35,921 bases of DNA from assembly GCF_001194135.2 (NCBI RefSeq), contig NC_068995.1, positions 49,524,558 to 49,560,478 of the forward strand. The letters are read 5' to 3'. The notes beneath the pieces are model-generated. The model saw only the letters and a list, made by a program, of their open reading frames with translations. It ran no database searches and was not told where the DNA came from. A program made the position numbers and the translations under genes. Each line of letters starts with the position of its first letter. Position 1 is the stretch's first letter. Positions 24,007-35,610 of this stretch are shown one piece after another. Origin of the DNA: Octopus bimaculoides (lineage: Eukaryota).

Positions 24007-24920
24007 GTATATATATGTGTGTATATATATATAGATAAATAGATATAGATATAGATATATATATATATATATTTATATATCTAATATATACATACTTATG
24101 CACATACATATATATAAACATGTATACATACATATATGCTAATACATATACATATATGTATACATATATATATATATATATATATACATACACACACTTG
24201 TATGTACACCCACATGTATATACTTATATACACATATAAGGAAGCAAAGATTTTCATACACATTTACTCACACGCAAACATATACGTATAAATTGCCTGT
24301 ATGTGTGTGCATGTGTATGCATATTTGTGTGTCTGAGAATGCATTGTGGACATGTGTGTGGGGGGGGCCCACCCCCCTTCCCTCGGTGTGAAATCATTTT
24401 TAATCTCAGCTGTTGAAGCTGCTCTTAGAGATAGCCTTGTCTAAACATCAAAGCTATTACCTCATCCATTATACATGATCTTGTCAATCAATATCTATTG
24501 ATCTCTCATTGTTTGCATTTCCTCTTTCTCTTTCCTCTGTCCTCATCAAATATACCCCCCCCCCNNNNNNNNNNNNNNNNNNNNNNNNNNNNNNNNNNNN
24601 NNNNNNNNNNNNNNNNNNNNNNNNNNNNNNNNNNNNNNNNNNNNNNNNNNNNNNNNNNNNNNNNNNNNNNNNNNNNNNNNNNNNNNNNNNNNNNNNNNNN
24701 NNNNNNNNNNNNNNNNNNNNNNNNNNNNNNNNNNNNNNNNNNNNNNNNNNNNNNNNNNNNNNNNNNNNNNNNNNNNNNNNNNNNNNNNNNNNNNNNNNNN
24801 NNNNNNNNNNNNNNNNNNNNNNNNNNNNNNNNNNNNNNNNNNNNNNNNNNNNNNNNNNNNNNNNNNNNNNNNNNNNNNNNNNNNNNNNNNNNNNNNNNNN
24901 NNNNNNNNNNNNNNNNNNNN

Positions 24921-24958
<38 letters not shown>

Positions 24959-25005
24959 TATATTTATATATGCATATATATATTATATATATATCTACAT
25001 ATATT

Positions 25006-25040
<35 letters not shown>

Positions 25041-25349
25041 GCATGCGGGTGGGTGGGCCGGTGTGTGTTGCACCTAGCAATCTACCATTAAACAAAGATT
25101 ATAAACACTTGGTTCTTATTCCTGCTTAGTGTAGCCACCCAACCCTGATTGACTGGTGCACACCGAGGTTAGCAGCCTGACCAGTGAGGTTACCACATTC
25201 AACCACTGCCGCCCACGTCCAGCCACCATCACCACAAATCACCACCATCATCATCATCATTGTGGTTATGTTTCAGTTATATCATTAAAATAGTAATAAA
25301 TGGAAGTAATTGCAAACGATAATGTCTGTTTTTTTGTGCCCGGCAACAG

Positions 25350-25407
25350 AAGACCAGCTGATCAACTTGTGCGCGAGGGTGATAGCCAGTGGTTCGTATT
25401 CTGAGAG
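25350..25407 (+). CDS. Candidate 58-nt internal exon (phase 1-2), product unrecognised
   Basis: GTTTTTTTGTGCCCGGCAACAG acceptor; GAG|GTACGG donor; single open frame xDQLINLCARVIASGSYSE(R/S). Confidence 0.3.
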
Positions 25408-25603
25408 GTACGGTCAGTAGGGAGGCACACAAATGCCACTGCCTCCACCACTACTGTCTATCAGTCTTTTTGCCTGTCTGTCTGTCTGTTTAGCTGTCTA
25501 GCTGTCATCATCATCGTTGTTATTTTCATAATATTCCTCAGCATCATCGCATCAACACCATCATCACCTCCTCCAATGCCTCTTCCCCTCTTAAAAGTTT
25601 TTG

Positions 25604-25897
25604 TCTTGCAAGTAATTGCCACTTTAAAGCACCCAGTCCACACTGTAAAGTGGTTGGTGTTCAAAAGGGCATCCGGCTGTAAAAACCTTGCCAAAACTGA
25701 CCTCGCCTGTGCTTTTGCCATGTAAAAGGCAGTTAAGTCCACTCTGCTGAACGGTTGGTGTTAGGAAGGGCATCCAGCTGTAAAAATCCTGCCAAAGCAG
25801 TCACAGAAGTCCGGTGCAGGTTTGGCCTGGTCGGCTCTTGAGGTACCATTCCAGCCATGCTAGCATGGAAAACGGACATTAAACGAGGATGATGATG
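25604..25897 (+). mobile_element. RTE-type 3' UTR-derived repeat with internal duplication; related copy at 33868-34087
   Basis: GTTGGTGTT..AAGGGCATCC.GCTGTAAAAA occurs twice; ends GGACATTAAACGAGGATGATGATG. Confidence 0.7.
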
Positions 25898-26119
25898 AGT
25901 GCGCGGAAATTTGTGTGTGCAGATGAGTGTGTGTGTGTATGTGTGTGTGTATTATGCATACGTGTATGTGTTTGTGTGTGTGCGTGTGTGCTGCACAAAA
26001 GAATAGGCTTTACTTCCAGGAGGCATTTTTCAATAGCATTTCATGATCTCAAGCACGGGAGCTCATGCCTTGATATTCTAAATATTCTTGTGATAAATGA
26101 GTTTTGCTTTCATATATAT

Positions 26120-26171
<52 letters not shown>

Positions 26172-26517
26172 CTTTCAAATATACAAGCGCTGTCACATGC
26201 ACACACGTTTGACATCTGACATTTATAATTAAGATTGGAGGCTATTAGCTTACATTTGATAAATGAGGTTTTAAATTACATAACTACAGTTATTTAAATA
26301 ACAATTTCTATAATCCAGTGAAATTGCAAACTTAGTGTTAATCTGTGTTAATTTGGATTAAGGTTAATCTTTAGTTAAGTAACATCACTCGTTAATTACT
26401 TTTGACAGTGTATGAAGAAATATACATATAGATACGTATACATACATATGTGTGTATATATATGTGTGTGAGTGTGTGTGTGTGTTTGTATATACATGTA
26501 TATACATGTACATATAC

Positions 26518-26550
<33 letters not shown>

Positions 26551-26593
26551 TCCACACACATAAATAAATATATATACATGTATTTACATGCAC

Positions 26594-26649
<56 letters not shown>

Positions 26650-26660
26650 ATACATATGGT

Positions 26661-26825
26661 GCAAGCATGTCTGTGTGGTAAGAAGCTTGCTTCTTAAGCA
26701 CATGGTCCCGGGTTCAGTCCCACTGCATGGCATCTAGGGAAGTGTCTTCTTCTATAGCCTCAGGCCAGCCAAAGCGTTGCGATTTGGTTTGGTAGACGGA
26801 AACTGGAAGAAGCCCATCATATGTG

Positions 26826-26856
<31 letters not shown>

Positions 26857-27064
26857 ATATGTATGTATGTATGTATGTATGCATGTATGCATGTATATAT
26901 GTATTTATATCTCTGTGTGTGGCTTTGTGTCTGTATTTGTGTCACTACCAAGCCATGGCAATTAGTGTTGGTGTGTATGTGCCCCCATAACTTAGCGGTT
27001 CGACAAAAGAAACTAGTAGAATAAGTACCAAGCTTAAAAAGTAAGTAATGTGGTCGATTCATTA
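26661..27064 (+). mobile_element. Family C SINE, diverged
   Basis: Collinear with 23441-23852, including the internal microsatellite. Confidence 0.88.
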
Positions 27065-27384
27065 GAAACCAAAATAATGCAAGTTATAAGAAATAATACA
27101 AGTCAAAGGTAAGTACATTCACCTTGTATTTTGATATTTCAATATTTCGGTGTCAGTATTCCTTCTTCCAAAAATCCCTGAAGAAATAGCGCTGTGAACT
27201 ACTCATAACACCATTTCTCCAAAGATTTCCTGAAGAAGATGTTTTAACTCCAAAATATTGAAAACCAAAGTAAAAGTACAAAGCATCAGCTTGTATTATT
27301 TCTTATAATTTTGGTTGTTTTGGCTTTATAAAAATAATTATATCGCACAATGCTTCATGCAAACTACACTGCTATATACCTTCT

Positions 27385-27766
27385 GGAGGCGCAATGGCCC
27401 GGTGGTTAGGGCAGCAGACACGCGGTCGTAGGATCGCGGTTTCGCTTCCCAGACCGTGCGTTGTGAGTGTTTATTGAGTGAAAACACCTAAAGCTCCACG
27501 AGGCTCCGGCAGGGGATGATGGCGAACCCTGCTGTACTCTTTCATCACAACTTTCTCTCGCTCTTACTTCCTGTTTCCTGTTGTACCTGTATTTCAAAGG
27601 GCCAGCCTTGTCACACTCTGTGTCACGCTGAATATCCCCGAGAACTACGTTAAGGGTACACGTGTCTGTGAAGTGCTCAGCCATTTGCACGTTAATTTCA
27701 CGAACAGATTGTTCTCTTAATCGGATCAACTAGGACCTTCGTCGTCGCAACCGACGGAGTACCACG
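27385..27766 (+). mobile_element. tRNA-derived SINE, family A (copy 2), with perfect 9-bp TSD
   Basis: Collinear with 1805-2180; ATACCTTCT at 27376-27384 and 27767-27775. Confidence 0.92.
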
Positions 27767-28029
27767 ATACCTTCTACTTACGTTACTTTTAGTTGACATT
27801 GGCTGATATGAAAGGGAAGGTGGAGTGTTCTAATTAGCTCTTGGAACGAGTGCCAACGATCCACAGGGTTAACGGGTGCAGTTCAACATGAGAATATAAT
27901 TCTGAAAATAATTATGTGTGTATAAAAATACACACACACAAACACACACACACACACACTGGTAGTAAGTGTAAACACTGACTTACGCATTTATAATAAA
28001 ATATTTACATGTAATCGTCAGAGTAAACA

Positions 28030-28133
28030 AACATGCAGGCATGCACACACCCACACATACGTACTACACACACACATACACACATACAAATATACATACA
28101 CACGCACATACACATACAAACATACATACATTC

Positions 28134-28196
<63 letters not shown>

Positions 28197-28492
28197 NNNN
28201 NNNNNNNNNNNNNNNNNNNNNNNNNNNNNNNNNNNNNNNNNNNNNNNNNNNNNNNNNNNNNNNNNNNNNNNNNNNNNNNNNNNNNNNNNNNNNNNNNNNN
28301 NNNNNNNNNNNNNNNNNNNNNNNNNNNNNNNNNNNNNNNNNNNNNNNNNNNNNNNNNNNNNNNNNNNNNNNNNNNNNNNNNNNNNNNNNNNNNNNNNNNN
28401 NNNNNNNNNNNNNNNNNNNNNNNNNNNNNNNNNNNNNNNNNNNNNNNNNNNNNNNNNNNNNNNNNNNNATGTACGTTTGTATGTATATACAT

Positions 28493-28557
<65 letters not shown>

Positions 28558-28830
28558 CATACAAACGTACACTCACACATACATACATTCATACATATAC
28601 TTACATATATACATACACACATACATATATACATACGTACATATATACATACATTCATGAATACATACGCACACACGCGCACATACTCACACACATGCAT
28701 ACACACATACATACATACATGTATACATATACACACAACACGCACACATATGTACATGCACCCACACCCACACAAACATATGTCCATACATATACACATA
28801 CATACATGCATATATACATACATACACACT
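28030..28830. repeat. Compound (CA)/(TA)/(CATA) tract spanning a gap
   Basis: Directly visible. Confidence 0.9.
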
Positions 28831-29519
28831 TCTACAGGAACAAATGTATTCAAACCATGCCCACAATGTGTGCTCCCTGGGGGGAAAACCAGAAGACAAA
28901 TACCCTCCCGCGACACACACGCACAAACAAAACCCACAAAAACAACAAAAGAGAAAGAAAACAAAGACCCAACGACACAAAGACATAAAAGAAGGAAGGA
29001 AGTGATCAGATCAATAGATTGTGATCAACAGTCGGGGTTTCAATGATGGCCCCTAACTAACAAACTGTTTTGTTTATTCAGGACGGGAGCACAAAGGACT
29101 CACGGAGGAACCACGCAACCATGCCTAGACAAGTACTTAACCTACCACTCTGCTCCTCTTCCTGGATCGAACCAGAAACAAAAACAAAAAAGAAAACAAA
29201 CAAACAAAAACACAACAGAAAATCATTTGCTGTACAATGAAGTTGACTGATTGGAACGCAGGAGGAGGAGGAAGAAGAAGGGGAGAAGGAGAAGGAGGAG
29301 GAGAGGGAATGATATGATGGAGGTGGAGGCAGAGTGCTGGTTGTGGCGATAGTGATGGTGATGGTGCTGTTGCTGGCGGTGGAGTCGTGAATAATTAAGC
29401 ACACAGTTTGACTCTGTGGGTGCATGTGTGTGTGTGTAAGTGCGTATATATACATATATATAAATATATATGTGGGCGGGGGTGTATATTTACAAATACA
29501 CACATATATATAAATATAT

Positions 29520-29570
<51 letters not shown>

Positions 29571-30619
29571 NNNNNNNNNNNNNNNNNNNNNNNNNNNNNN
29601 NNNNNNNNNNNNNNNNNNNNNNNNNNNNNNNNNNNNNNNNNNNNNNNNNNNNNNNNNNNNNNNNNNNNNNNNNNNNNNNNNNNNNNNNNNNNNNNNNNNN
29701 NNNNNNNNNNNNNNNNNNNNNNNNNNNNNNNNNNNNNNNNNNNNNNNNNNNNNNNNNNNNNNNNNNNNNNNNNNNNNNNNNNNNNNNNNNNNNNNNNNNN
29801 NNNNNNNNNNNNNNNNNNNNNNNNNNNNNNNNNNNNNNNNNNNNNNNNNNNNNNNNNNNNNNNNNNNNNNNNNNNNNNNNNNNNNNNNNNNNNNNNNNNN
29901 NNNNNNNNNNNNNNNNNNNNNNNNNNNNNNNNNNNNNNNNNNNNNNNNNNNNNNNNNNNNNNNNNNNNNNNNNNATATGGATGAAGTGTCAACATGTAAT
30001 AACTCCAACTGTTGTTTTCCAGGTTCCGCGGTTTGCTCGGACGCTCCTTTGGTGGGGCCGGGGGTGTTTACTAATAATTGAAGACTTCAGGTTCTGCGAC
30101 CTGACCGACGCTGAGCCCATACCCGCCCTAACGAACCTGACGTGCCAGGTGGTGGCCAGGCGCGTCAGATTCTGCTGCTGCTGCTGCTGTTAATGACAAC
30201 AATGACGATGGCGATGATGATGATGATGATTGTGGTGGTGATGACGTGTACACCCACCTCCAAACTCCACCCTCCCTCGCTACGCAAACACATGCAATCG
30301 CTGTGCACCCGGACCCCTCGTCCGTCTGTGACTAACCTACCCTTTCCTCATTACGTACCCAGTTTTGTACCGATATGTAACATAAAGGCAGCCACCCTGA
30401 TCCTGCCACGACCACCTCCATCCACTGCATACTAACTACTGCTGCCGCCACCCTTTCTGAGCCTGCCAAAGAAATGGTCGTAATGAACAAGTATTAGTGA
30501 AGGGGTGGGGCCGATGGTTAGAGACGGGCAGTACAAAGAGAGAGAGAGAGAGAGGTGGACGAAGAGAAACCGCAGAGATTAACATATACTGATAGATATA
30601 TCCGCGCCATTTTGTTCTG

Positions 30620-30772
30620 TTTATGTATGTATATATCTATATGTATATCTATTTGTACATATATGTGTTCGTGTGTGTGTCTCTGTGTGTTTGTGTATTT
30701 GTGTGCGTATTTGTGTGTGTTCGTGTGTCTTTTTGTGTGTGTATGTTTGATTGTGTTTGTTTGTGTATGTGT

Positions 30773-30807
<35 letters not shown>

Positions 30808-30861
30808 TGTGTGTTTGTGTGTGTCTGTGTGTTCATGTGTGTGTGTATGCATGATTATGTT

Positions 30862-30924
<63 letters not shown>

Positions 30925-31050
30925 GTGGTTGTTTGTGAATCTGGCCGTGATAGTGATTGAGGCAATAATGATGTGGAATAACAAGGTGATGTTGATAGTG
31001 GTGGTGCTGGTGTTGGTGGTGGTGGTGGTGGTGGTGGTGGTGGTGAATGG
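30620..31050. repeat. (TG)n and (GGT)n tracts
   Basis: Directly visible. Confidence 0.9.
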
Positions 31051-31924
31051 TCACAAAAGAAAATAATGAGGTAGTGAATCAAAGCTATTACATACAGGTG
31101 GGAATAGGATGTGGTGGTGGTGGTGGAGGGGGAGACTGTGTGTTCATGGTTGGAAGGGACAGACAATATTGACGAAGGTGGTGGTGGTGGCATGTTTTAA
31201 TAGTGGCCATAAAGAAGGGGAACATGAGACAGAAAGAAAAAGTGAATGAGAGCGAGAGAAAGAATGAGAGAGTGAGAGAGAGAGAGGACTAAATTAATAG
31301 AGAGGAGGAGGGGAAAATAAAATGTAGTTTCTAAAACAATGTGCCCCAGCATGGCCACTGTCAAATACCTGAAACAAGTAGAACATAGATTATTATCATT
31401 TGGTAGATATTTTTGGAGCAATTTTTGGCTTCCATGAAGACAAACCAGCAGGTCTGTTTCGAAGGACTTTCAGGCTCAAAACTACCATACGCAGATGCGG
31501 TCCCAGGAATATTTCGAAGGGATGGTACAAGGTCAGAAGGGAATACAATTCCAGGAGAAAAGGGTTTAATAACATTATTTAGAAGGGTGCACTTCTTTTC
31601 TTTTCCGTGAACCCCTCAGCTTCTGCTTTTAGACTGAAGAAAAACAGTTGGGTTAGGGCCCATTGTACCTTTGGTGGTTAGGGTAATCCTAGGTGTGTGG
31701 GGTTCCTTGATTGACCCAAGTTAGAGGTTCTCTGGTATCAGGGGGACCCGCATCATACATTTTTTTCCCATTCTTTGTGTACTTTTATGTATGTTTTTAT
31801 CTCATTTCACAGTTTCTCTCTTTCTTTCAACTCCTCTTTTATATAAACCCCAGCACAAATTGTTGGCTGTCCTATTGGTGTCCCCATCAATTATGCCCCT
31901 GTGGCATAATAAATCATAAGCCTC

Positions 31925-32043
31925 ATCATCATATCATCGTCGCGGTACCGTCGTCGTCGTCATCATCATCATCATCACCACCACAACCACCACCACAGTC
32001 ATCATCATCATCATTATCGTCACTATCACTACCACCAAAACCA

Positions 32044-32074
<31 letters not shown>

Positions 32075-32137
32075 CGTCGTCGTCATCATCATCATCGTCG
32101 TCGTCGTCGTCATCATCATCATCATCATTATTATTAA

Positions 32138-32168
<31 letters not shown>

Positions 32169-32170
32169 GA
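31925..32170. repeat. (CAT)/(CGT)/(ATT) trinucleotide mosaic
   Basis: Directly visible. Confidence 0.9.
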
Positions 32171-32290
32171 CATCACACAGTGTACAATATTGTGAGATTG
32201 TCGATTGAAGATATTGTGTCTACTGGGGCGGGGGTGTATGGATTGTTTGTCAAGTCACAAGGACCTTAGATATTGTTGTTGTTGTTATCG

Positions 32291-32328
<38 letters not shown>

Positions 32329-32530
32329 ATTGATAGATTGATTTGTTTATTGAGTTCAAATCTTGCCAAGGACAACTTTGTTTTTCATCATTTCAGGGCC
32401 AATGAAATAAAGCAACAGGTGAGCCAGTCGGGGTCGATATAACTGACTTCTCCACTCCCACAAAAATTGCTGGCGTTGTAGGACAATTCAAAAACATCAT
32501 CATTAAATCATCATTTAACGTCCGTTTCAA

Positions 32531-32830
32531 GGCGGTGAGCTGGCAGAAACGTTAGCCCGCCGGGCGAAATGCTCAGCGGAATTTCGTCTGCCGTTACGTT
32601 CTGAGTTCAAATTCCGCCGAGGTCGACTTTGCCTTTCATACTTTCGGGGTCGATAAATTAAGTACCAGTTACGCACTGGGGTCGATGTAATCGACTTAAT
32701 CCCTTTGTCTGTCCTTGTTTGTCCCCTCTGTGTGTAGCCCCTTGTAGGCAATAAAGAAATAAGAAACGTTAGCAAGCCAGGCGAAAGGCTTAGCGGTATT
32801 TCGTCTGTCTTTATGCTCTGAGTTTCAAGT
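32531..32830 (+). mobile_element. Family B SINE followed directly by a second partial head (dimeric arrangement)
   Basis: 32531-32765 matches 3199-3429; 32763-32825 repeats GAAACGTTAGC..GGCGAAA.GCTTAGCGGTATTTCGTCTG. Confidence 0.88.
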
Positions 32831-33743
32831 TTCATGTGACTGGGAAGCAAACTTCATACCACACAACCATCTTACACACACACACATACAAACACACACA
32901 AAAACACACGCGCGCACACGAACACATGCTCTACAACCAAGATGACAAGGGATAAGCCAAGCACAGACAGATCTACGAAGACTAATTGAAAAGCGCAGGT
33001 AGCTCATACACACCTACTAGAAATAGAAGACCATTCGCCCCTCATTACAGCCCAACGACATTTAAAAAGAAGACCGGAAGAGCAAATGGGATTTAGTATC
33101 CTTTATTCCGCTAAACAAAACAGGTTTGTCATGGCCGGAAAACCTTTGATCATGGCTCTGCTTAATCAGGGTCGACCTGGGGCTAAGCAACAGCGACAAC
33201 AACCGCATCATCCCCGGGGAGCAGGGTGGGGGTAGGAAAGGGGTGGAATAAGGAGAGTTAGATGCATTAACAATGAAGGTAATCAAGATAATGAGAATAC
33301 TTTTGAAGAGCAGCTTTGTTTAATTATTCACGCCGTTGGCTGTTTAATCAAACTGGATGGTCAAAGTAGGAGTGGTAATGGGGGGTAGGTGGTAGGTGGA
33401 GGTGTGAGGGCGAGGGTGGATGAAGAGTAGGTGGTGACATAAAGATGGTGGTGTTGGTGTGGGGGTGGGGAGATGGTATTGGTAGTGATGACAGTGAGTG
33501 GTGGTGNNNNNNNNNNNNNNNNNNNNNNNNNNNNNNNNNNNNNNNGGAATGTTATAGTGGTGAGCAGAGGTGTGGTGATGGTAACTCAAAATGGTAGCTA
33601 ATGGTGATGGGTTGTAGTCTGTGTGTCTCCTTTATGTTGAAATTTGCGATGGCAAATTTTCCTACAACAAAGTGTTTATGGCAAATTTTCCAGACACACA
33701 CACACACCCGAGGACCTCATCATCTTTGTTTATCTCCTCACAG

Positions 33744-33770
33744 GGGCTACTGATTCGTTCTCACCTAAAT
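33744..33770 (+). CDS. Candidate 27-nt microexon
   Basis: CATCTTTGTTTATCTCCTCACAG acceptor; AAT|GTGAGT donor; 27 nt; open as GLLIRSHLN (phase 0) or xATDSFSPKx (phase 1). Confidence 0.4.
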
Positions 33771-34333
33771 GTGAGTAACCTCAGAACAAGAACCAGCTTT
33801 GCGCCAGCCCTTTCTTCCATACCTAAAGCCTTCATCTGTATAAGGGTCACTACCCCCATTTGAAATTCATGGTCTTGCAAGCTACATTGCGGCATTACTT
33901 GTGCCAAAGGTCCTACTGCATGCCCTAAATTGGCTGTTATTGGGAAGGACACCCAGCTGAAGAAACCTTGCCAAAAAAGACAATGGAGTTTGATGCAGGT
34001 CTTGGAGCCATCAGATCCTATCAAAGTGTTCAACAGATGCCAATATGGACTATGGACATTGAATGATGATGTTGATGATGATGATGATGTGTGCATGTGT
34101 GTGTATGTATGTATATATAAATATANNNNNNNNNNATATATATATATGTATGCATACATAAACATACCTATGTGTATGTGTGTTTATATATAAATATATA
34201 TATGAATATATATTTGTATACATACATATTATACATTTGTATAGATATATATGCATGTGTGTGTGTTTATATATATAAACATATGCACATTTATATTTAT
34301 ATATGCATATATATATATATACATATGTATATA

Positions 34334-34369
<36 letters not shown>

Positions 34370-35033
34370 TATGTATATATCAATATATCAATATATATAT
34401 ATATATATCTATATATATAAAAATGAGAATGTGTGTATCCGGACATGTGCCAGCTCCGTTTTCTAGTCAGTGAGAATATCTTATCAGGAACAGTGATAGA
34501 GGTGAAATAAAAGCAGGTGGGAAGGTCAAGACAGGGCCAAAGTTTGGCATAAATGATTGCTCCACTGGTGTTGGTCAGTAATAACTTAGGAACTGACCAT
34601 GACAACTGGAACTGGACATGCTAATATTTTAATACAAGCATGTATGAGGTAGCGGCAATGGTGGTGAGTGTGGTGGTGATGNNNNNNNNNNNNNNNNNNN
34701 NNNNNNNNNNNNNNNNNNNNNNNNNNNNNNNNNNNNNNNNNNNNNNNNNNNNNNNNNNNNNNNNNNNNNNNNNNNNNNNNNNNNNNNNNNNNNNNNNNNN
34801 NNNNNNNNNNNNNNNNNNNNNNNNNNNNNNNNNNNNNNNNNNNNNNNNNNNNNNNNNNNNNNNNNNNNNNNNNNNNNNNNNNNNNNNNNNNNNNNNNNNN
34901 NNNNNNNNNNNNNNNNNNNNNNNNNNNNNNNNNNNNNNNNNNNNNNNNNNNNNNNNNNNNNNNNNNNNNNNNNNNNNNNNNNNNNNNNNNNNNNNNNNNN
35001 NNNNNNNNTATGTATGTATATATATATGCATAC

Positions 35034-35064
<31 letters not shown>

Positions 35065-35138
35065 TATATGTATATATATGCATACACAGACACATATACG
35101 CTACATATATTTATATATAAACACTCTTACATTCATAA

Positions 35139-35169
<31 letters not shown>

Positions 35170-35218
35170 CGTGGAATGTTCACACATGGGAGCATATCTG
35201 TATGTATAATTGTAGCAC

Positions 35219-35289
<71 letters not shown>

Positions 35290-35307
35290 TAGTAGTGGTA
35301 GTAGTAT
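35219..35307. repeat. (TAG)n tract
   Basis: Directly visible. Confidence 0.95.
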
Positions 35308-35610
35308 TGAGTAAAGTAAGCAATCATATATGAATATAAGTAAATAATTTGTCATCCGTCAGTCGTTCGGAGAAGATGAAGGAAAACGCAACGGAAGAAT
35401 CCTGGTGCCAGGAACTGCAGCAGAACAGCACCAGCGTGGCTGAACTATACTGTGACCTGCAACTTTTGACAGACAATCTTTCACAAGACCGGTGCCAACG
35501 TGCCGAGATGACCCTTGCCCACATCATTGGAACATACGCTCTTCATTTTGCATGCGTACAGAAACACACACGCACACATGCATCCATATATTCATATATA
35601 TATATATATA

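Noticed and set aside
28470-28571. Perfect 24-bp inverted repeat around a (CA)n(TA)n tract
   Set aside because: One arm ends at the gap edge and (TA)n is self-complementary, so a flipped contig end (assembly artefact) is the simplest explanation; long reads would settle it.
30359-30424. Minus-strand 66-nt exon candidate DGGGRGRIRVAAFMLHIGTKL, resembling dystrophin EF-hand GRIRV
   Set aside because: Similarity is limited to a few residues, the acceptor lacks a pyrimidine tract, and no other dystrophin-like exon is visible.
31400-31610. Stretch open in several frames on both strands
   Set aside because: No convincing splice sites or recognisable motifs; about 45-65 codons is within chance range.
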